In this document: positions 7,456 to 14,113 of the stretch, in pieces
Numbering within the stretch: position 1 is the stretch's first letter
Layout: every line of letters begins with the position of its first letter
Assembly: GCA_020160975.1 (NCBI GenBank)
Contig: JAIUPJ010000001.1
Coordinates: forward strand, 510,001 to 542,000
Direction of reading: 5' to 3'
DNA: 32,000 nucleotides
DNA from: Candidatus Saccharimonadota bacterium
GTDB taxonomy: Bacteria > Patescibacteriota > Saccharimonadia > Saccharimonadales > Saccharimonadaceae
The notes under the pieces: generated by a model
What the model was told of the DNA's origin: nothing
Databases searched by the model: none
What the model saw: only the letters and a program-made list of their open reading frames with translations
Made by a program: the position numbers and the translations under genes

Positions 7456-8477
7456 CAGTCTTTTCCTGTAAATAGTTTACGGAATTTTCTCATGCCTGTT
7501 TGCTCAGGAGGAATATCGTGCAGAATAATACTTGAGATGTAGTCGTCGCTCACTGTACGTGACTGCTGGATTCGCCAACGCTCACGGAACATATGTAGTA
7601 TATACCGCCAACTCATACCCCATCCCTTTAATGCTGGTCCGCCGCGACCATTTTTTATCGCATTGATGAGGATAAGCGTGTAGGTCAGAATGAAGCGAGG
7701 GTAGATAAGAGGCCATAGCGTCAGAGGGACGTTTTTTGTGAAAAGAATAGGGAGGTTCTTGAAGGTATTGTATACGGCAAGCCCAGGAACCGTATCTGAA
7801 GAAGCTCCTCGCTTATGGTAGGCGATGGCGTCTGGCGTGTAGCGTACAGTGTAGCCCATGAGTTGTGCCCGGAAGCTGAGGTCTATATCTTCGTAGTACA
7901 TAAACATTGCTTCGTCATAGTACCCCACTTCTTTATACATTGAAGTTCGAGCCAAATACCCGCCGCCGGTTGCGCCAAATACATGACCCGCTTCACGTGG
8001 TGCTTCGGCTGCTGGCTTGTCGCGTCCACGCGGACCAGGAAGTCCCCAGGTGGTATAGAAATCACCCGTACTATCAATTGTCTTGCCATCACGGTGGAGC
8101 ATCATTCCCGTTGCGATGCCAACATCTGGTTGAGACTCGAGCTCAGCGAGCAGTGCTTCACACCACTTCTCGTCAGCAATAGCATCGGCATTTAGTGAGC
8201 CGACATACTCTATGTCGTGTTCGGCTGCCCATTTGGCTGCCGCTGTGAAGCCACCAGCTGTACCGCCGTTGTAGCCAGTCTCCACAAAATGAAGTTGCGG
8301 AGAGGAGCTTGTGGTGATGAAATGTTGGATAGCTTCGATAGTTTCGGTGCGAGAATCATTGTCGATAAAAACAATACTCATGCCACTCACTATGCTTTGC
8401 CGTAAAAGGCTTTCGGCACACTCAACAGCGTCATCTGCGTTATTCCACGTAATTATCGCGATTGCTAGTCTAGTCAT
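7455..8477 (-). CDS. GT2 glycosyltransferase (rhamnosyltransferase-like)
   Basis: The sequence includes IAIITWNNADDAVECAESLL, IVFIDNDSRTET and YYEDIDLSFRAQLMGYTVRYTPDAIAYH. This pattern is typical of WbbL/RgpE-like GT2 enzymes. A GGGAGG Shine-Dalgarno sequence lies upstream. Confidence 0.8.
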   Translation of the reverse strand: MTRLAIAIITWNNADDAVECAESLLRQSIVSGMSIVFIDNDSRTETIEAIQHFITTSSSPQLHFVETGYNGGTAGGFTAAAKWAAEHDIEYVGSLNADAIADEKWCEALLAELESQPDVGIATGMMLHRDGKTIDSTGDFYTTWGLPGPRGRDKPAAEAPREAGHVFGATGGGYLARTSMYKEVGYYDEAMFMYYEDIDLSFRAQLMGYTVRYTPDAIAYHKRGASSDTVPGLAVYNTFKNLPILFTKNVPLTLWPLIYPRFILTYTLILINAIKNGRGGPALKGWGMSWRYILHMFRERWRIQQSRTVSDDYISSIILHDIPPEQTGMRKFRKLFTGKD

Positions 8478-8493
8478 AATCCTCCCTATATCT

Positions 8494-8499
8494 TATAAT
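8494..8499 (+). promoter_or_regulatory. -10 hexamer TATAAT in the 35-bp divergent region between the GT2 and wzm genes
   Basis: The plus strand reads tcTTATAATgg. The same core read on the minus strand gives TATAAG. The wzm ATG at 8513 lies 13 nt downstream. Confidence 0.45.
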
Positions 8500-9325
8500 G
8501 GATACTACTGATATGGAACTATCTAACATTTTTTCGAGACGAAACCGCATCTTATTGCGCGAACTAGTCATGACAGATTTCAAGCTTCGCTACCAAGGGT
8601 CCATATTAGGGTATCTTTGGTCTCTCTTGAAACCGCTTATGTTGTTTGCAATTTTGTATGTAGTATTTATCCATTTTATGAGATTCGGTGACGGAAGTGA
8701 TCATTTTGCAGTTCAGTTACTACTCGGAATTGTTTTGTGGTCATTTTTTGTAGAAGCTACGATGCAGGGAATGAGTGCAATTGTGGCACGAGGTGACTTG
8801 ATTCGAAAAATAAACTTTCCAAAATACATCATTGTCGTGTCTGGAACGATATCTGCATTGATAAACCTCCTTTTAAACCTTGTTGTGGTTTTTGTATTTA
8901 TCGTTGCTAACGGTGTTCAAATTAGTTGGGAAATTATATGGTTTCCTCTCGCAGTACTAGAGCTTTATGTATTTGCATTGGCAATCGCCTTTTTACTATC
9001 CGCTTTATACGTAAAATTTAGAGACATCTCACATATTTGGGAGGTTGTTATGCAAGGTATGTTCTATGCGACACCAGTACTATTTCCTATCACGATTGTT
9101 GCAGGTATAAATTCTCTTGCTGCAAAAATACTGATGCTGAACCCGCTTGCTCAGATTATTCAAGATGCTCGGTATGCCTCGATATCAAAAAATGTTATAA
9201 CGACGTGGAGTTATATTGAAAACACTCCTCTCAAACTTGTCCCATTTGCGATTGTTGCTCTCACTGTGGTATTTGCTACTTACTATTTCAAGAAAAACCA
9301 GAAATACTTTGCGGAGAATATATAG
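8498..9325 (+). CDS. ABC-2 type polysaccharide/teichoic-acid exporter permease (Wzm/TagG/RgpC-like)
   Basis: The motif RELVMTDFKLRYQGSILGYLWSLLKPL and six TM segments match ABC-2 permeases. The in-frame ATG at 8513 is the more likely true start, because ATG 8498 lies inside a TATAAT hexamer (8494-8499). Confidence 0.85.
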   Translation: MDTTDMELSNIFSRRNRILLRELVMTDFKLRYQGSILGYLWSLLKPLMLFAILYVVFIHFMRFGDGSDHFAVQLLLGIVLWSFFVEATMQGMSAIVARGDLIRKINFPKYIIVVSGTISALINLLLNLVVVFVFIVANGVQISWEIIWFPLAVLELYVFALAIAFLLSALYVKFRDISHIWEVVMQGMFYATPVLFPITIVAGINSLAAKILMLNPLAQIIQDARYASISKNVITTWSYIENTPLKLVPFAIVALTVVFATYYFKKNQKYFAENI

Positions 9326-10498
9326 ATGAAAATAGAAAATGCGATTACGGTAAGGAATCTCTACAAAAGTTTTAAACTTCCACACGAACAAAAAAGCGGA
9401 CTGAAAGAGGTTATTTTAAACATTTTTCGGCGGTCTAATAAAAATACAAGAGGGTATGAGATCCAACATGTACTAAATGACACCTCCTTTGATATAAAAA
9501 AAGGTGAGTTTTTTGGAATCGTAGGTCGAAATGGTTCAGGTAAAAGTACGCTTCTCAAGCTATTGGCAGGTATCTACACTCCCGACAGGGGAAGCGTAGA
9601 AGTGAATGGTAGCCTTACGCCATTCATCGAGCTTGGTGTAGGGTTCAACCCAGAACTCACCGGACGCGAAAATGTATTTCTAAACGGAGCACTTCTTGGC
9701 TTTAGTAAAGAAGAAATGACTGCGATGTACGACGACATCGTAACTTTTGCAGAACTCGATGACTTTATGGACCAAAAATTAAAAAATTATTCATCTGGAA
9801 TGCAAGTACGCTTAGCATTTTCGATAGCCATTCGTGCAAAGAGTAATATCCTACTGCTAGATGAGGTGCTTGCAGTCGGGGATGCGGCATTTCAAAAGAA
9901 ATGTTTTGAATACTTTGCTCAACTAAAAAAAGATAAAAATACTACAATAGTTTTCATAACACATGACATGGAGGCGGTTAAGCGTTTTTGTGACAGGGCG
10001 ATTTTGATAAAGAAAGGAAAAATCATACTCGTAGGTGATCCCCAAGAGATTGCTGATCAATATATACTTGAAAATGTAACAAAAGATCCGAATGGTCATG
10101 ATGAAAACAGAAAAAAACAAAAAGTTAGAGTTGAATTACAAAAAAAATCCTATAAGCAAAATGAAAACCTTGTCGCCTCTGTAAAATATAATTACAACCT
10201 CTCTAAAAAACATTATGTAGGTATAACTATTCATAAAAATGGCTATCCTGTCGCAGAGCTTAATTCATCAAGGGAGCTGCCACTATCTTCGAGCACAAAA
10301 AGCCCTATAAGCCTTGAAGTACCATTAAAAAACTTCAACCCAAGTACATACGAAATAACTGCGGCAATTTTTGATTCATCTAGCCGTACATTACTTCAAT
10401 ACACACCCCATAGAGCAGAATTTATCGTGAGAGGTTATGATGAAGAGCGAGGTGGTCCGATGCGCATAAACGCGAAATGGAGTGTTTGTGATAAGTAG
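9326..10498 (+). CDS. ABC exporter ATP-binding protein (Wzt/TagH/RgpD-like) with a C-terminal extension of about 130 aa
   Basis: It carries Walker A (GRNGSGKST), the signature YSSGMQVRL and Walker B (ILLLDEVLAVGD). The ATG directly abuts the permease stop. The C-terminal ~130 aa (from about nt 10110) look like a beta-sandwich, as in Wzt carbohydrate-binding domains. Confidence 0.85.
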   Translation: MKIENAITVRNLYKSFKLPHEQKSGLKEVILNIFRRSNKNTRGYEIQHVLNDTSFDIKKGEFFGIVGRNGSGKSTLLKLLAGIYTPDRGSVEVNGSLTPFIELGVGFNPELTGRENVFLNGALLGFSKEEMTAMYDDIVTFAELDDFMDQKLKNYSSGMQVRLAFSIAIRAKSNILLLDEVLAVGDAAFQKKCFEYFAQLKKDKNTTIVFITHDMEAVKRFCDRAILIKKGKIILVGDPQEIADQYILENVTKDPNGHDENRKKQKVRVELQKKSYKQNENLVASVKYNYNLSKKHYVGITIHKNGYPVAELNSSRELPLSSSTKSPISLEVPLKNFNPSTYEITAAIFDSSSRTLLQYTPHRAEFIVRGYDEERGGPMRINAKWSVCDK

Positions 10499-11213
10499 AA
10501 AAATAATCAAGAAGTGTAACATATGCAAATCAAAAGATAGTTTTATGCCGATTGATCCAGGGTATATTGCAAACCTAAAAAACAAAGGTTTCCCTTATCC
10601 TGTCGAAAGTTTTGAAACACTTAACTATAAAGAATATCTTTGTAAATCATGCGGGGCAAATGATAGAGATAGGCTAATCGCTCTGTATTTACAGACAAGA
10701 TCACACTCAAATAATATGAAGATTCTTGACTTCGCACCCTCACCTTCACTGCAAAGTGTACTCAAAAGTATAGATGGATCATCGTATCGTAGTGCTGATT
10801 TATACATGGACGGGGTGGACGATAAAGTTGATATAACAAATATGAAATTATACAATGAAAATTCATTTGATCTTTTTGTTTGCTCGCATCTTCTAGAGCA
10901 TGTTGATGACATAAAAGCATTAAAAGAGTTATACAGAATTACAAAACGGGGCGGGCGTGGTATTATACTCACTCCAATCATAGATAACGATGACGTATTT
11001 GATGAAGATATGAGTGTTACGGATGCAGATGAGCGCTGCCGACGCTTTGCACAGGACGACCATGTCCGACTATATAGTAAAACAGTGCTCCTAGAGAGAT
11101 TAAGCGAAAGTGGTTTTAAAGTAGAACAGCTGAGAGTGTGGAACTTTGGAATATGGAATTTTATTCGATATGGCATTAAACTAAGATCAGTTTTATATGT
11201 AGTGGAGAAATAG
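10482..11213 (+). CDS. Class I SAM-dependent methyltransferase with an N-terminal Cys4 zinc-ribbon-like motif
   Basis: The N-terminus has CNIC...CKSCG. The methyltransferase motifs are ILDFAPSPS, FDLFVCSHLLEHVDD and LYRITKRGGRGIILTP. The start is GTG (10482 or 10488), with GGAG just upstream. Confidence 0.75.
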   Translation: MFVISRKIIKKCNICKSKDSFMPIDPGYIANLKNKGFPYPVESFETLNYKEYLCKSCGANDRDRLIALYLQTRSHSNNMKILDFAPSPSLQSVLKSIDGSSYRSADLYMDGVDDKVDITNMKLYNENSFDLFVCSHLLEHVDDIKALKELYRITKRGGRGIILTPIIDNDDVFDEDMSVTDADERCRRFAQDDHVRLYSKTVLLERLSESGFKVEQLRVWNFGIWNFIRYGIKLRSVLYVVEK

Positions 11214-11214
11214 A

Positions 11215-11835
11215 ATGAGCGAAAAGATAGGGATAATCGGAGGCGGTGGACACTCGGAGGAAGCAGAGTCATACACTAATAAAAAAGTCGCATTCCGCGC
11301 AGTTGATAAAGACTACATGTCTGATACTTTCCAGATTGACATAGAAAACCCTGATGAAGAACAAATTCAGACAAACGTTCATATAGCAGTTGGAGCTCCA
11401 GGCTTGAGAAAAAGTCTCGAAAAAAAATGGCCAGGTGAAAAGTATGAAACGATCATTTCTGAACACGCAATTATAGATCCTACCGCACAGATAGGTGAAG
11501 GAACCTTGATTGCTCCACGAGCAGTAATAACTACAAATGTAAAACTGGGTAAGCATGTGGTTATGAACGTAGCATCTAGTATTCAACATGGTAGTGAGGT
11601 GGGAGACTTTTCAACTATTGGTCCAGGAGTACATATTGGCGGAAGTGTGACGATAGGAGAAGGTGTATTTATTGGAATAGGCGCAAATATTTCGAACAAT
11701 ATACGTATTGCAAACGGTGTAGTTGTGGGTGCGGGAGCGACGTTGCTGTCAGATGCGGATATAGAGAACGGTGTATATGTTGGTACTCCAGCAAAAAATA
11801 TATCACAAAACGAGCACTGGTTAAATGAAATATAA
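11215..11835 (+). CDS. Hexapeptide-repeat sugar N-/O-acyltransferase (NeuD/PglD/VioB family)
   Basis: The N-terminus IGIIGGGGH suggests a Rossmann-like subdomain. Left-handed beta-helix repeats follow (IGEGTLIAPRAVITTNVKLGKHVVMNVASSIQHGSEVGDFSTIGPGVHIGGSVTIGEGVFIGIGANI). A GGAGAA Shine-Dalgarno sequence lies upstream. Confidence 0.8.
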   Translation: MSEKIGIIGGGGHSEEAESYTNKKVAFRAVDKDYMSDTFQIDIENPDEEQIQTNVHIAVGAPGLRKSLEKKWPGEKYETIISEHAIIDPTAQIGEGTLIAPRAVITTNVKLGKHVVMNVASSIQHGSEVGDFSTIGPGVHIGGSVTIGEGVFIGIGANISNNIRIANGVVVGAGATLLSDADIENGVYVGTPAKNISQNEHWLNEI

Positions 11836-12940
11836 AATACCCTTCATTAGGCCAAACTTTCCAGATCCTAATTTGATTGCTGGAGATATAAAAAAAATTG
11901 TCTCAGCAAACTGGTATACAAACTTCGGACCATATGAACAAAAACTACGCCAAGAATGTATTCGATATTTAAATCACGATGTAAGTATATGCACCACATC
12001 AAATGCGACCCTAGCTCTAGATGTTGCCATAAAAAACCTCTTCTTTCCGTTATCGACAAAAAAAAGAAAAGTAATTATCCCCTCGTTTACTTTTGTTGCG
12101 GGCGGAGAAATGATATTAGCCAATGGAATGGAGCCGGTTTTTATTGATATTGATGATAATTGGCAGCCTGATATAGAGCAGGCCCGAGAATACTTAGAAA
12201 GTCATTCGGACGAAATCGCAGGTATACTCCTTTGTAATACTTTTGGTGTGGGAAATGTTTTAGTAAAAAAATGGGAAGAACTCGCGACGCTTTTTGAAAA
12301 GAGAATGATCATAGATTCAGCTGCTGGATTCGGTTCATTGTACGAGAATGGAGAAAAAATTGGCGCCCGTGGTGATTGTGAAATCTTCTCACTACATGCA
12401 ACAAAACCTTTCTCTGTCGGCGAGGGTGGATTAATCTCTAGTAAAAACAAAGAATTTATCGAAAAGTGCAGAGAAGCTACAAACTTTGGCTTTTCAGAGG
12501 ATCGTAAGGCTACACACCTTGGCACGAATGCAAAACTAGGAGAAATATATTGTGCAATTGGTGTTCGGCAACTAGCACGACTTGATGAAAAACTCAGCAA
12601 ACGTCGTGCATCATATGCCAAATACAAGAATGTTTTTGAGAGTTTGGATTTTAAATTTCAAAAAAATATGGAAAATTCGACGATAGGATTTGTACCCGTT
12701 GAAGCTCCTGATGCTGAGTTTGCAAACAAAGCTATACACATACTGCAGGATAACGGAGTTCAAGCTCAGAAGTACTACGACCCTTTGACAAATCACCCGC
12801 TGTTTGACAAATATGAAAAACCCCTTCCCCTTCATATGACTAATCGTCTCTATGAGCGCATCATTTGCTTGCCTTTGCATGATGATATGGATGACAAGGA
12901 CATTTTTGCTATTTCGAGAATCATTGGAAGTATATCATGA
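11825..12940 (+). CDS. DegT/DnrJ/EryC1/StrS-family PLP-dependent sugar aminotransferase
   Basis: The sequence includes WYTNFGPYEQKL and DSAAGFGS...GDCEIFSLHATKPFSVGEGGLI, with the PLP lysine in its usual context. It overlaps the upstream gene by 11 nt and the downstream gene by 4 nt. Confidence 0.8.
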   Translation: MKYKIPFIRPNFPDPNLIAGDIKKIVSANWYTNFGPYEQKLRQECIRYLNHDVSICTTSNATLALDVAIKNLFFPLSTKKRKVIIPSFTFVAGGEMILANGMEPVFIDIDDNWQPDIEQAREYLESHSDEIAGILLCNTFGVGNVLVKKWEELATLFEKRMIIDSAAGFGSLYENGEKIGARGDCEIFSLHATKPFSVGEGGLISSKNKEFIEKCREATNFGFSEDRKATHLGTNAKLGEIYCAIGVRQLARLDEKLSKRRASYAKYKNVFESLDFKFQKNMENSTIGFVPVEAPDAEFANKAIHILQDNGVQAQKYYDPLTNHPLFDKYEKPLPLHMTNRLYERIICLPLHDDMDDKDIFAISRIIGSIS

Positions 12941-14061
12941 CAAGAAAAAAGCCCAGCAGAGACCTCATAAGTATTGTCATGATTACCTATAATCATGAAG
13001 CATATATCACACAAGCAATTAAAAGCGTGCTATCGCAAAAGACTGAAGAGTTCGACGTAGAGCTCATTATTGCTGATGATGCATCTACTGATGCTACGGC
13101 CAAGGTGATAGAAACATTTAAAAAAAAGTATCCTAAAATAATAAAACCGATACTTCATAAAAATAATATAGGTATACAGGATAATTTTATAGGTGCCCTC
13201 AACGCTGCGAAAGGAAAATACATTGCGCTTTGTGAGGGTGACGACTATTGGACCGACAGCAGCAAACTCGATCGGCAGTATCGCTACATGGAGTCTCACC
13301 CAAATGATTATTTAGTATTTCATCCTGTTGAGGTAAAAGATGAACTGAGTAACAAAATTATCGGCTGTTATCCAGATGATAAAATCAGCAAGACGTACAC
13401 GCTCGAGGAATTGCTTGACCATAACTTTATCCAAACAAATTCAGTGTTGTATCGAAGTATTGGCCCGTATAAAGATAACAACGTCAAAAATATGTTGCCC
13501 CTCGATTGGTATATTCATCTGTATCACGCAAGATGTGGTGAAATAGGATTTATTGATCGACGTATGGCTGTTTATCGCAAGCATACTAGTAGCGTATGGT
13601 GGAGGAATTCTGAGTCTAGTGGAAAATTTTGGAAAAAGAATCTTCGCCCACATCTCAACACATTTCGTGGCATTGAACTATTATTCAAGGGTAGCGATAA
13701 ATATCAAAAAATTATCAATACCTCAAAAATTAACACACTACTATATAATATAATTAACGAAGTACCTCCTAGTTCACGAAAAGAAATAATACATTTACTT
13801 AATAAATCATGCCCAGATATATTTATCGAAATCACTCTTTATCTCTATCCACAAGTTACAACTCTTCGCACAGAGGCCGGAAGACTAAAGACAGAGAACG
13901 CAGAGTTACGGGAAAAAACAAACAAAATGTATCAAGATATTGAATATCAGAACAATGAAATATCACAACTTGCCGAAGAAATTTCGCAAATAAAAAATTC
14001 AAAAATGTATAGGTATATGAAAAAAATACGTTCAGCTAAGCATAAAATCACCATGCGTTAA
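12937..14061 (+). CDS. GT2 glycosyltransferase with a C-terminal coiled-coil tail
   Basis: The GT-A core reads ISIVMITYNHEAYITQAIKSVLSQ, LIIADDASTD and YIALCEGDDYW. The heptad-like segment RTEAGRLKTENAELREKTNKMYQDIEYQNNEISQLAEEISQIKN lies at about nt 13864-14003. Confidence 0.8.
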   Translation: MTRKKPSRDLISIVMITYNHEAYITQAIKSVLSQKTEEFDVELIIADDASTDATAKVIETFKKKYPKIIKPILHKNNIGIQDNFIGALNAAKGKYIALCEGDDYWTDSSKLDRQYRYMESHPNDYLVFHPVEVKDELSNKIIGCYPDDKISKTYTLEELLDHNFIQTNSVLYRSIGPYKDNNVKNMLPLDWYIHLYHARCGEIGFIDRRMAVYRKHTSSVWWRNSESSGKFWKKNLRPHLNTFRGIELLFKGSDKYQKIINTSKINTLLYNIINEVPPSSRKEIIHLLNKSCPDIFIEITLYLYPQVTTLRTEAGRLKTENAELREKTNKMYQDIEYQNNEISQLAEEISQIKNSKMYRYMKKIRSAKHKITMR

Positions 14062-14063
14062 GG

Positions 14064-14069
14064 TATAAT
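14064..14069 (+). promoter_or_regulatory. -10 hexamer TATAAT upstream of the 851-aa gene (leadered, with a GAGGAG Shine-Dalgarno)
   Basis: The sequence aagGTATAATat sits in the 52-bp gap after the GT2 stop. Confidence 0.4.
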
Positions 14070-14113
14070 ATAAATAGAGTACTGAGTTTGATGATTGCGA
14101 GGAGATAAATTAA

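Noticed and set aside
8498-8512. ATG 8498 could be the start of the wzm permease, as given by the ORF track.
   Set aside because: This ATG is embedded in the TATAAT hexamer that most plausibly drives the gene. The in-frame ATG at 8513 (MELSNIFSRRN...) gives a typical ABC-2 permease N-terminus. I kept the longer coordinates in the feature table and flagged the issue there.
10625-11272. A 215-aa minus-strand ORF lies opposite the methyltransferase gene.
   Set aside because: It is Ser/Leu/Arg-rich and low-complexity, and it is fully antisense to an ORF with SAM-methyltransferase motifs inside a tightly coupled plus-strand operon.
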